Assembly (NCBI GenBank): GCA_002269645.1
Contig: NIVC01001556.1
Span: forward strand, 124,001-188,000
Direction of reading: 5' to 3'
Length of the DNA stretch: 64,000 nucleotides
DNA from: Macrostomum lignano
Lineage: Eukaryota
Shown: in pieces, positions 1 through 24,100 of the stretch
Layout: every line of letters starts with the position of its first letter
Position numbering within the stretch: the first letter of the stretch is position 1
Made by a program: the position numbers and the translations under genes
Notes under the pieces: model-generated
Seen by the model: the letters and a program-made list of their open reading frames with translations, nothing else
Databases searched by the model: none
What the model was told of the DNA's origin: nothing

Positions 1-76
1 GATAACGATTTAAAGCCCTTTCATTCTTTAAAATAAAATATTAAAGAACTTGTACACCTTCAATAATGATCACCAG

Positions 77-1315
77 GTGACCTGGCCTCCGATCTGGTTG
101 TGTCAAACGAGGTTCTGTCTATCAAGACGCTGCAAGACCTGGCTGACAGCGACGTTGTGACACCGGCCGTTGGCGAGGGATCCTTCACGTGGGGCCTGAT
201 CCAGGCTGGCGGCCGGCCGGAATTTGAGAAGCTGTCAAAGCGCCTCGTCACCTTTCAGGGCCCCCGCGGCTGCAGGGAGATGGTGAGACGCAGGGACTAG
301 CTTAGAGTGAGGTGGGTGGCGGAGTGAGGTGGGTGGCGGAGTGAGGTGGCTGGCGGAGTGAGGTGGGTGGCGGAGTGAGGTGGGTGGCGGAGTGAGGTGG
401 GTGGCGGAGTGAGGTGGCTGGCGGAGTGAGGTGGGTGGCGGAGTGAGGTGGGTGGCGGAGTGAGGTGGGTGGCGGAGTGAGGTGGGTGGCGGAGTGAGGT
501 GGGTGGCGGAGTGAGGTGGGTGGCGGAGTGAGGTGGGTGGCGGAGTGAGGTGGGTGGCGGAGTGAGGTGGGTGGCAGAGTGAGGTGGGTGGCAGAGTGAG
601 GTGGGTGGCGGAGTGAGGTGGGTGGCGGAGTGAGGTGGGTGGCGGAGTGAGGTGGGTGGCGGAGTGAGGTGGGTGGCGGAGTGAGGTGGGTGTAACGGAG
701 TGAGGTGGGTGTGGGAGTGAGGTGGGTATGGGAGTGATGTGGGTGTCGGAGTGAGGTGGTTGTCCGACTGAAGTAGGTGGCGGAGTGAGGTGGGTGCCAG
801 AGAGCATCCAGATTGTCTTCTTCCTGTACGACCCTAGGTGCTGAGCAGCAACATCGCGTGCATGATCGACTTCACCTTTGCAACCCTGGTGTACAACCAG
901 TTCTGCGACAAGGTGTACCTTGGCGAAGAGAAATTCTACACCATAACTGTCGGCTTCATCTGGCCACCGGATTCCTACTTTGCCGATCTGTTAAATTTTT
1001 AGTGAGTCAGGAAGTAAATCTTCTTATCAATTTAATGAAGCAGAACTTTTATTAATATTGCTCGCCTTGTTCAGCATCCAACGGCTGTACGAGTCCGGCT
1101 ACATCTGGCGGTCATTTGAGAAGAGCGCGAACAGTTCGTTTGGATGCTCTGCCTCAAACAGCGTACCACCTGGCCAGTCCATCACCCTGGAGGGCTCCGG
1201 CGCCTGCTTCATCCTGCTGGCCGGCTGCTTTGCGGTCGGCCTGATCCTGCTGCTGATGGAGCTGGCCTGGGTGCGCCTGTGCGGCAAGAGTCCGCTGGAC
1301 TCGTTTATCTTCTAG
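77..1315 (+). CDS. Divergent ionotropic glutamate receptor / IR-like channel, 3' part (5' exons lie outside the window)
   Basis: Exons 77-282, 838-1001 and 1075-1315 join in phase through GT-AG sites. They encode GDLASDLVVSNEVLSIKTLQDLADS (position of the SYTANLAAF..IxSLEDL motif), an S2 lobe (FCDKVYLGEEKFYTITVGFIWPPDSYFADLLNFYIQRLYESG) and a final TM helix (GACFILLAGCFAVGLILLLMELAW) with a short tail. Confidence 0.8.
302..795. repeat. 17-bp minisatellite (GGAGTGAGGTGGGTGGC)n in the receptor intron
   Basis: Head-to-tail copies read directly between the donor at 283 and the acceptor at 837. Confidence 0.95.
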
Positions 1316-1410
1316 AAGAAGAAGAAGATTGATGAGGGGGCGCCTGGTGCGCGTGTGCGAAGAGATAATTTGCTTTTTAACGCGATGGGAAGACATTGAA
1401 TAAGTAAAAT

Positions 1411-1575
1411 CATGAGTTCTTGAGTTTTTGAGTTCTTGAGTCCATGAGTTCTTGAGTCCATGAGTCCATGAGTTCTTGAGTCCATGAGTTCTTGAGTCCA
1501 TGAGTTCTTGAGTCCATGAGTTCTTGAGTCCATGAGTTCTTGAGTTCTTGAGTCCATGAGTTCTTGAGTTCATAA
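1411..1575. repeat. Short tandem array built on GAGTCCATGAGTTCTT
   Basis: Repeated 8/16-bp modules downstream of the receptor stop codon. Confidence 0.85.
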
Positions 1576-2029
1576 GTTCATGGGTGATTTTAAGAGTTCC
1601 TATATAAGTGGCTTCAACGGTTTCACATGCGAAACTATAAAACAAAATTATATTTTTGTCCAGTACTGAGAAGCAGGAAAATAAATTCGAAACCAACTGT
1701 TATAATCGGATTTCTTGCATTAAAATTGCCACGAAATTGACTTGATTTCTTTTTGTGGGAATCAACGACGAATAGAAGTGAATTTTATGAAGGGTGTGCC
1801 AGTCAGAGCGGGGTTGGAGATTTTAAACTGCATTTTCTCTGCATAAGTGAGGAGGATAGTGTCAAATCAAAATCCTATGAATTTGGCATAAATCATGCGC
1901 AACACGGATTATCGGCTGCATCAGGTGCTATTTAATAGCCAAGGATTTCAATAAACCGCTGCTGCTGCGCCGGATAGAAACTAGTAGCATAGCAACTACC
2001 ATATCGCATAGCAACAAGCCAGGAACAAC

Positions 2030-2426
2030 TTATCAGCAGCCTATCAACAGCCTATCAACAGCCTAGCAACAGCCTAGCAACCGCCTAACAACAGCCTAGC
2101 AACAGCCTATCAACAGCCTAGCAACCGCCTAACAACAGCCTAGCAACAGCCTAACAACAGCCTATCAACAGCCTAGCAACCGCCTAACAACAGCCTAGCA
2201 ACAGCCTAACAACAGCCTAGCAACAGCCTAGCAACAGCCTAACAACAGCCTATCAACAGCCTAGCAACAGCCTAGCAACCGCCTAACAACAGCCTAGCAA
2301 CAGCCTATCAACAGCCTAGCAACCGCCTAACAACAGCCTAGCAACAGCCTAACAACAGCCTAGCAACAACCTAGAAATAGCCTAACAACAGCCTAACAAC
2401 AGCCTAACAACAGCCTAGCAACAGCC
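2030..2426. repeat. 11-bp minisatellite (AACAGCCTAGC / AACAGCCTATC variants)
   Basis: Tandem copies end immediately before the ATG at 2427. Confidence 0.95.
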
Positions 2427-3302
2427 ATGGCAGATCTCGAAGAAGCCGAACGAATCGCTCTGAAGAACCGAGAACGATTCAAAAACGATCTGATTAAGCC
2501 GAAACTCAATCCCGATCAGGTGATGCGTTACTATGACGACTGGAGCAGCACCTACGACGACACTATGTACACCGGCGAGTTCGGCTACTCGAACTTCACC
2601 GGCCTGTGCGAAGTCCTGACCGAGCTGCTGCCGAAAGACGCTGACAGGTCGAAACTGCGAGCCCTGGACCTCGGCTGCGGCACCGGCATCATCGCCAAGC
2701 AGCTCCGGGAGCTGCTCGGCTTCCGGTTGGTTGACGGAGTCGACGGCAGTCCCGGGATGATCGCCCAGGCCGAGAAGCTGGGCATCATCTGCCGCGGCTA
2801 CGTTGAAATCGTTGAGAACCGCAGCCTGACTCAGGTGCCACACGGAGTCTACGATGTGGTGGTCAGCAAGGGCGCCTACGTGCCCAACCATGTGAAGCCG
2901 AACTCGCTGCCCTTCGTTGGCGAGCTGCTGAAGCCGGGTGCGATTTATTGATTGATATATTGATAGAAAGACTGATTGATTGGTTAATTGGTTAATTGAT
3001 TGATTGATTGATTGACTGATGATTGATTGATTGACTGATGATTGATGGTATGATTGATAGATGGAATGATTGATTGATTGATTGATTGATTGATGGTATG
3101 ATTGACTGATTGACTGATGATTGATTGATTGACTGATGATTGATGGTATGATTGATAAATGGAAAAATTGATTGATTGATTGATTGATGGTATGATTGAT
3201 AGATGGAATGATTGATTGATTGATTGATTGATGGTATGATTGATAGATGGAATGACTGATTGATTGATTGATTTATTGATTGATGGTATGGTTGATAGAC
3301 GG

Positions 3303-3344
<42 letters not shown>

Positions 3345-3883
3345 GGTATGATTGATTGATTGATTGATTGATGGTATGATTGATAGATGGAATGATTGAT
3401 TGATTGATTGATTGATGGTATGATTGATAGATGGAATGATTGATTGATTGATTGATTGATGGTATGATTGATAGATGGAATGATTGATTGATTGATTGAT
3501 TGATGGTATGATTGATAGATGGAATGATTGATGGACTGATTGACTGATGATTGATTGATTGACTGATTGACTGATTGACTGATGATTGATTGACTGACTG
3601 GCTGGCTGGCTGGCTGATTTACTGTTTAACTAATTGATTTATTGACTTACTAGTTAAATTAGTGCATGTCTCCCACTCTTGCCTCCCCAATCACCACCCT
3701 GAAGGCGGGCTGCTGTGCACAGAGATCCGTCGCTCCGTAATTGAGGAGACGGACATCGGCGAGATCGAGCTCGAGGCCAAGAAGATGGAGGCCTCCGGAG
3801 GCTGGAAAATACTCAAATGGCGTCACGAGTCGGTCTATAATCTCAACGTCCCAGGCTTCATCTACGTGCTCCAGAAGCTGTGA
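2427..3883 (+). CDS. METTL27: Class I SAM-dependent methyltransferase, METTL27/WBSCR27-like
   Basis: Exons 2427-2937 and 3705-3883 join as LLKPG|GLLC. Features: N-terminal YDDWSSTYD, motif I LDLGCGTG, motif II VDGVDGSPGM, YDVVVSKGAY and LLKPGG. Confidence 0.8.
2950..3650. repeat. (TGAT)n microsatellite with interspersed GGTATGATTGATAGATGGAA modules
   Basis: Fills most of the methyltransferase intron. Confidence 0.95.
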
Positions 3884-4231
3884 TGCTGAGCTGTGGGAAA
3901 ACCGCTCCATCTGGGTGAAGGATAAAACTTGCTGACAATCGCTTTGAGTCGCTTGAGTCACTTGATATCGCTTTGCCATCGGGCTGTTGAGTTTCTGACG
4001 ATCAAATCAGGCAGTGACAGATCAGGATGCAGGACTATCAAATATTATTGATGCAGGCCCGCTGGCCATTGCGTGACAGGAAAACATGATTGGCTTTTTT
4101 GTGCTTTGTTTGCAAAAGCAGAAGTTTCCGTTGCTGCTGTTTCAAAAATAGCAAGATATTATTCATTCACTACTTTTTAGTAGGCAGTTATCAGACGAAT
4201 AGATTTTCTTAGCTATTCTAAGGATCAAAAG

Positions 4232-4910
4232 AATGGATTGCTAATCTATAGCCATCTTGGATGAAGGAATAGAATGGATTGCTAATCTATAGCAAGTCAT
4301 CGGGGGTGTAGGAATATAATGGATTGCTAATCTATAGCAAGTCATCGGGGGTGAAGGAATAGAATGGATTGCTAATCTATAGCAAGTCATCGGGGGTGAA
4401 GGAATAGAATGGATTGCTAATCTATAGCAAGTCATCGTGGGTGTAGGAATAGAATGGATTGCTAATCTATAGCAAGTCATCGGGTGTAGGAATAGAATGG
4501 ATTGCTAATCTATAGCAAGTCATCGGGGGTGTAGGAATAGAATGGATTGCTAATCTATAGCAAGTCATCGGGGTGTAGGAATAGAATGGATTGCTAATCT
4601 ATAGCAAGTCATCGGGGTGTAGGAATAGAATGGATTGCTAATCTATAGTAAGTCATCGGGGTGTAGGAATAGAATGGATTGCTAATCTATAGCAAGTCAT
4701 CGGGGTGTAGGAATAGAATGGATTGCTAATCTATAGCAAGTCATCGGGGTGTAGGAATAGAATGGATTGCTAATCTATAGCAAGTCATCGGGGTGTAGGA
4801 ATAGAATGGATTGCTAATCTATAGCAAGTCATCGGGGTGTAGGAATAGAATGGATTGCTAATCTATAGCAAGTCATCGGGGGTGTAGGAATAGAATGGAT
4901 TGCTAATCTT
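4232..4910. repeat. 44-45-bp minisatellite (GGAATAGAATGGATTGCTAATCTATAGCAAGTCATCGGGGTGTA)n
   Basis: About 15 near-identical copies with no spacers; each has an internal TTGCTA/TAGCAA hairpin. Confidence 0.95.
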
Positions 4911-5293
4911 CGACAGTGAAGAAAAAGATGATTATTTTGGAAGTCAAACTTTTAATTGAAGGAATTGGACACCAAAAAGTGTTCGCCCATGAAGTGCACG
5001 CATTTACAAGCTTAACTGTGGCTCGCAATGACCGATTGAAGTAGACGCTTCCAACCACTAACTAGACGCTACGCTAACTTGTTTTGCCAAAATGTAGGCC
5101 CAGTATTACTATCAGATAGTATAGGCTACGCAATGTCTGACCCAGACCAGTTTGCTGCCTTGCACGCTGCGTTACTTTGAACAGGCATTGGCGCCACGAA
5201 TCTGAGGCACTGCATCAAGAACCGCCCCCGCCCTTTATTTGCTTGTTTTCCAATGCGATTCTTTTCTCACTTTCTCTGCTGTCCGGTGCGCCC

Positions 5294-5790
5294 TCTCACT
5301 GTCACTGTCCCTCTCACTCTCCTTCTCACTCTCCCTCTCACTCTCCCTCTCACTCTCCCTCTCGCTCCCTCTCCCTCTCCCTCTCACTCTCCTTCTCACT
5401 CTCCCTCTCACTCTCACAGTCACTCTCCCTCTCGCTCTCCTTCTCACTCTCCCTCTCACTCTCACAGTCACTCTCCCTCTCGCTCTCCTTCTCACTCTCC
5501 CTCTCACTCTCACTGTCACTCTCCCTCTCACTCTCCTTCTCACTCTCCCTCTCGCTCTCACAGTCACTCTCCCTCTCGCTCTCCTTCTCACTCTCCCTCT
5601 CACTCTCACAGTCACTCTCCCTCTCGCTCTCCTTCTCACTCTCCCTCTCACTCTCACTGTCACTCTCCCTCTCACTCTCCTTCTCACTCTCCCTCTCACT
5701 CTCACTGTCACTCTCTCTCTCACTCTCCTTCTCACTCTCCCTCTCACTCTCATTCTCCCTCTCATTCTCCCTCTCACTCTCCCTCTCACT
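5294..5790. repeat. CT-rich 6/12-bp tandem repeat (CTCACTCTCCCT)
   Basis: Read directly; it generates the low-complexity SHSP/LTLP ORFs. Confidence 0.9.
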
Positions 5791-5793
5791 CAT

Positions 5794-6270
5794 AGTCAGT
5801 CAGTCAGTCAGTCAGTCAGTCAGTCAGTCAGTCAGTCAGTCAGTCAGTCAGTCAGTCAGTCAGTCAGTCAGTCAGTCAGTCAGTCAGTCAGTCAGTCAGT
5901 CAGTCAGTCAGTCAGTCAGTCAGTCAGTCAGTCAGTCAGTCAGTCAGTCAGTCAGTCAGTCAGTCAGTCAGTCACCCACTCAAGTCAGTCAGTCAGTCAG
6001 TCAGTCAGTCAGTCAGTCAGTCAGTCAGTCAGTCAGTCAGTCAGTCAGTCAGTCAGTCAGTCAGTCAGTCAGTCAGTCAGTCAGTCAGTCAGTCAGTCAG
6101 TCAGTCAGTCAGTCAGTCAGTCAGTCAGTCAGTCAGTCAGTCAGTCAGTCAGTCAGTCAGTCAGTCAGTCAGTCAGTCAGTCAGTCAGTCAGTCAGTCAG
6201 TCAGTCAGTCAGTCAGTCAGTCAGTCAGTCAGTCAGTCAGTCAGTCAGTCAGTCAGTCAGTCAGGCAGTC
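5794..6270. repeat. (GTCA)n microsatellite
   Basis: Near-perfect tetranucleotide run. Confidence 0.97.
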
Positions 6271-6628
6271 AGACCTGAGCAAAAAGTCTGAGGAGAATGT
6301 AGCCACAGAGTCTAAGCAAGATAACACCTTACAAACTAGAGGGAGAGAGGGGGCGAAGAGGTGCCTGTCTTGATTTCTACAATTTAACGGCTACGAACCT
6401 CTTCAACCCTATCGCTTGGTCGCTGGGCGGTTCTCGCGATAGTGCACCTCTGCCCGTCCCTCACCCCTCAACGCCCTTGGTACGCTAACGCTTTTAAAAG
6501 CAGCAACGCAAAAGCAAAAGCAGTTCGCAAGTGCAAGCAAAGCACAGTTTGGAACTTTTTTTCATATTTTGCAGAAATTTCTGCGCATTTTTGTCGGCAA
6601 ATTTTCTGTTGTCGCATTCGCTTTGCAG

Positions 6629-18844
<12,216 letters not shown>

Positions 18845-19744
18845 TGCAGGTGTGAGGCTGCCTGCTCATGCTGCAGGACAGGCGGGCCTGATGCAGGTGT
18901 GAGGCTGCCTGCTCATGCTGCAGGACAGGCGGGCCTGATGCAGGTGTGAGGCTGCCTGCTCATGCTGCAGGACAGGCGGGCCTGATGCAGGTGTGAGGCT
19001 GCCTGCTCATGCTGCAGGACAGGCGGGCCTGATGCAGGTGTGAGGCTGCCTGCTCATGCTGCAGGACAGGCGGGCCTGATGCAGGTGTGAGGCTGCCTGC
19101 TCATGCTGCAGGACAGGCGGGCCTGATGCAGGTGTGAGGCTGCCTGCTCATGCTGCAGGACAGGCGGGCCTGATGCAGGTGTGAGGCTGCCTGCTCATGC
19201 TGCAGGACAGGCGGGCCTGATGCAGGTGTGAGGCTGCCTGCTGCCAGATGCAGGTGTGTGGCTGTAAGAAGAAGTCCTTTGTAATAATTTTACTTTCTAA
19301 GAATACATACAATAAAACAAAAGAAAATGTATCGCATCTGCATTTCAAAGAATACGCTTCTATCAACTGTGCTCTGTTTTCTTCACAAAACAATCAAACA
19401 TTCTGTCATTCCAAATTTGTATTTGCTTACGCAGAAGAAGCTTGCAGCAGAAATAAAATATTTCAGTTATAAATTATGTATATCGTTGATTGAGTTTCAA
19501 ATTTTCTCCAATTTCAAGTCATCCAGGATATAAGTCATCGTGATTGGCTAATTAATTTTTTTCTCAAAACTGCTCATTTGAGCAGAAAGGCAGGGATGGT
19601 ATATACCAGATTGCACGCCACTGGCTCATTCAGAGACTGTAAGCTTGAAAACATGACTGAAATTTCAACAACCTGGACATCGAGATCAAGCCAGCTACTT
19701 GCTATTGTCAGTAAGTTTTGCTAAATCATTAACCACCTCCTTGA

Positions 19745-21135
19745 CTATCTGACTGACACCGACTTCTGTCTGACTGACACAGCCTCACTGTCTGACTGAC
19801 ACAGCCTCACTGTCTGACTGACACAGCCTCACTGTCTGACTGACACAGCCTCACTGTCTGACTGACACAGCCTCACTGTCTGACTGACACAGCCTCACTG
19901 TCTGACTGACACAGCCTCACTGTCTGACTGACACAGCCACAATATCTGACCCACAGCAGCCACAATGCTGACCCAAAGCAGCCAAAATACTGACCCACAG
20001 CACCCACAATGCCCGACCCACAGCAGTCACAATGCCCGACCCACAGCAGCCACAATGCTGACCCACAGCAGCCACAATGCTGACCCACAGCGGCCAAAAT
20101 GCTGACCCACAGAAGCCACAATGCTGACCCACGGCAGCCACAATGCTGACCCACAGCAGCCACAATGCTGACCCACAGCAGCCAAAATGCTGACCCACAG
20201 AAGCCACAATGCTGACCCACGGCAGCCACAATGCTGACCCACAGCAGCCACAATGCCTGACCCATCGCAGCCACAATATTTGACCCACAGCAGCTACAAT
20301 GCCTGAACCACAGTAGCCACAATGCTGACCCACAGCAGCCAAAATACTGACCCACAGCAGCCACAATGCTGACCCACAGCAGCCAAAATACTGACCCACA
20401 GCACCCACAATGCCCGACCCACAGCAGCCACAATGCCCGACCCACAGCAGCCACAATGCTGACCCACAGCAGCCACAATGCTGACCCACAACAGCCAAAA
20501 TACTGACCCACAGCAGCCACAATGCCCGACCCACAGCAGCCACAATGCTGACCCACAGCAGCCAAAATGCTGACCCACAGAAGCCACAATGCTGAACCAC
20601 GGCAGCCACAATGCTGACCCACAGCAGCCACAATGCTGACCCACAGAAGCCACAATGCTGACCCACGGCAGCCACAATGCTGACCCACAGCAGCCACAAT
20701 GCCTGACCCATCGCAGCCACAATATTTGACCCACAGCAGCTACAATGCCTGAACCACAGTAGCCACAATGCTGACCCACAGCAGCCAAAATACTGACCCA
20801 CAGCAGCCACAATGCTGACCCACAGCAGCCAAAATGCCTGACCCACAGAAGCCACAATGCTGACCCACGGCAGCCACAATGCTGACCCACAGCAGCCACA
20901 ATGCCTGACCCACAGCAGCCACAATGCTGACCCACAGCAGCCACAATGCTGACCCACAGCAGCCAAAATGCTGACCCACAGAAGCCACACTGCTGACCCA
21001 CCGCAGCCACAATGCTGACCCACAGCAGCCAAAATTCCTGACCCACAGCAGCCACAATGCTGACCCACAGCAGCCAAAATGCCTGACCCACAGAAGCCAC
21101 ACTGCTGACCCACCGCAGCCACAATGCTGACCCAC
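19745..21135. repeat. Compound 22-bp minisatellite: CTGACTGACACAGCCTCACTGT, then GCTGACCCACAGCAGCCACAAT
   Basis: The last unit overlaps the ATG at 21124. Confidence 0.95.
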
Positions 21136-24100
21136 ACCGCAAAGCGCCAGCGTCGCCGACGCCGACTTCGCGACTTCCTTCGCGCCCACCTGGCCGGCAG
21201 CAGCCTGCACGCCGTCGCGCATGTCGCCGACTCCGAGCGGAGCCCGGCCCGCCGAGCCCTCTGGACCCTCCTGCTGGCCGCCGCCGCCGCCGGCCTCGCC
21301 CTGACCTTGGCACCGCTTGCAGTCAGATACGGCGCCAATCGCCTGGCCGAGAAGCACCAATCTGACATTTCTGACGCCGATTTCGAATTCCCCGACGTGT
21401 ACCTGTGCCCCGACTACCCCTACTCGGGCAGCATACCGTACACTCTTGGCCAGGCCGAAGCCGGACTGCTCAATGCCGAGATCGATCGGGCCGGCTCAGT
21501 GCTAGACGCCTGGGAGGCAGCGGCTGCGAGCTCGGGAGCGCTGGACCCGCTGCAGTGGGAACGGCAGGCCCTGGCGGCCAGGGTGGCCTTCACCCGGGCC
21601 ACAGTCAGGCTGGACCTGCTGAACCGCTACCTGCTGCAGACAGCCGCCCAGTCGGTGCCGCTCAGCTGGCTGTCTATCGGCGACTGTGGAAGCGACGACG
21701 ACGGAGACGGCGATGGAGGCGCCGACGGTGCTGTGAAGCTGCCGGTCCGAGTGGAGTCGTTTGCCGCCTCCTTTAACCAGAAGGTCAGAAGGGTGGCGCT
21801 GCGGGGTTGACCCGGTTGTTTGTTTGTTTATTTGTTTATTAACTGCCTACTTGCCGCATAGCAAGCGAGTAGTGAGAAGAGGAAGTTAGCCGCTCTTTTC
21901 AAAAGTGCCAGAGTATCTGGAACTCAAGATCAAAGGTGTCAACATGGCAGCCAGTCCTTATCTATGTTCTCATCCTTATCTACACCTGACCAGTGTCATT
22001 ATCTCTAGATGAGTATCATTATCTCTAGATGAATGTATTTATCTCTAGGTGAGTGCCACTATCTCTAGATATGTGTCATTATCTCTAGGTGAGTGCCATT
22101 ATCTCTAGGTGAGTGCCACTATCTCTAGATATGTGTCATTATCTCTAGGTGAGTGCCATTATCTCTAGGTGAGTGCCACTATCTCTAGATATGTGTCATT
22201 ATCTCTAGGTGAGTGCCACTATCTCCAAATGAGTGTCATTATCTCCAGATGAGTGCAATTATCTCTAGATAGGTGTCATCTGGATAGATGAATCTTGAAG
22301 TCTCTAGGTGAATCTTGAAGTCTCTAGGTGAATCTTGAAGTCTCTAGGTGAATCTCAGAGTCTCTAGGTGAATCTCAGGGTCTCTAGTCTGATCCCAGAG
22401 TCTAGATGGATCCTCAAGTCTCTAGATGTATCACTCATCTCTAGATGAGTTTCATTAAATCTCTAGATGTGCGCCAGCGTCATAGATAGATGCCCAATAT
22501 CTACAAATGGTTTCCAGAATTCCAAGTTAAATCTCAGAATTCCAAGGAGCTGCTCAGCGGTAAACGCGTCTCTGACTCTCGCGCCACAACCCCGTGCGCG
22601 GCCGCATTCATTTGGGCAGGAAAATATGGTATTAGCTGACGGCTTTTCGTGCGATTCACACCCACGAGGGCCAACCCCCAAGGCACAGAGAGTCGATAAG
22701 AAAGTCAGGGCTGCTGTACACCCTGTGGGGAGCTCGGAGACCATGCCCTCCTCAATTCCGCAGATCTGCTTCAAGCCGGACCTGACCCCGGCAGCCCGCC
22801 TGACCTCCCAGCGCCAGCCCGGACTCCGCCTGCGCCTCATACTGCTGACCGATCCCTACTTCGCCGATTTCAAATACTCCGGCACTCCGATAAAGTACAT
22901 CACCATCAAAGCCAAATCCAGCGTCCGCCAGCCGCCCAGCCGGCCCCTGGAGGAGCGGGAGCGCCAGTTCCTTCGCTCCAACGCTTTCACCCTGGTGCTG
23001 GTGCCACCTGGCGCATACCCGTCCATGGAGCACGAGGAGACCATGCAGCTATCGCCCGGCAACCACTACAGGGTCAATCTGCATATGGAGCGCCGTCAGC
23101 TGGCGCCGCCGCACTGTCAGGCCGGCGACTTGTTGGCGCCGGAGGTGCGCCGGGACCCGGTGAGCGGCGTGGCGCGCCACTACCGGCGCAGCCTGGCGGC
23201 CTGTCTGGACCGGCGCGCGGCCGAAAATGCCATACGAAGGCGCGGCTGCCAGCCGTCAAATCTGCCGCTACTTTGGCGGCACCGCCGGCTGCCCAGGTGC
23301 GGCAACCTGTCGGAAATGCCGCCAGCCGAGGCCTACAAAGACTTCCTGAGTCGCAGAGCCAATCGGGCGAATCTCAGCTTGGCTGTTGAGCTGCTCAGAG
23401 AACAAGGCGAAGCCCTGGTTGCCTGCCAGCTGGAGCAGCCGTGCGACTCAGTGCACTACAGGGTGCAGTATTCGTTCGGCCAGTGGCCCAGCGTGGCCAC
23501 CTCAGCGGTGACTCATTTCGCTAACTGGAATCGCCGGAGTGCGGGCAACTTCAGCCTGGAGGCCACGCCAGCCCTGAAACAGCTGCAGGAGCTGGCGAGG
23601 AGAATTGATTCGGGTAGGCCGGGGCTGGTTCTGAGGCTCCGGGGTCCATCTAGAGACTCTGGGATCCATCTAGAGACTGTGATTCATCTAAAGACTTTAG
23701 GATCCATCTTGACTCTTGACTTCAGCTGGAGACTCTGAGATTCATATTGAGAGTCTGGGATTCTTCTAGAGACTCCGGAATCCATCCAGAGAGTCTGGGA
23801 TCCATCGAGAGAGTCTGGGATCCATCTAGAGACTCTGAGATCCATCTAGAGACTCTGGGATCCATCTAGAGACTCTGGGATCCATCCAGAGAGTCTGGGA
23901 TCCATCAAGAGAGTCTGGGATCCATCTAGAGACTCTGAGATCCATCTAGAGACTCCGGAATCCATCTAGAGAGTCTGGGATCCATCCAGAGAGTCTGGGA
24001 TCCATTGAAAGAGTCTGGGATCCATCTAAAGACTCTGAGATCCATCTAGAGACTCTGGGATCCATCTAGAGACTCTGGGATCCATCCAGAGAGTCTGGGA

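Noticed and set aside
4232-4910. Palindromic 44-bp repeats resembling a CRISPR array
   Set aside because: Units are head-to-tail with no unique spacers, there are no cas genes, and the context is eukaryotic. The same applies to all other arrays here.
19873-21368. Several 200-480-aa Cys/Trp-rich minus-strand ORFs
   Set aside because: Antisense translations of the 22-bp array and ENaC exon 1.
22467-23738. 423-aa ORF as a standalone gene
   Set aside because: It is ENaC exon 2 (22764-23613) plus open intronic flanks.
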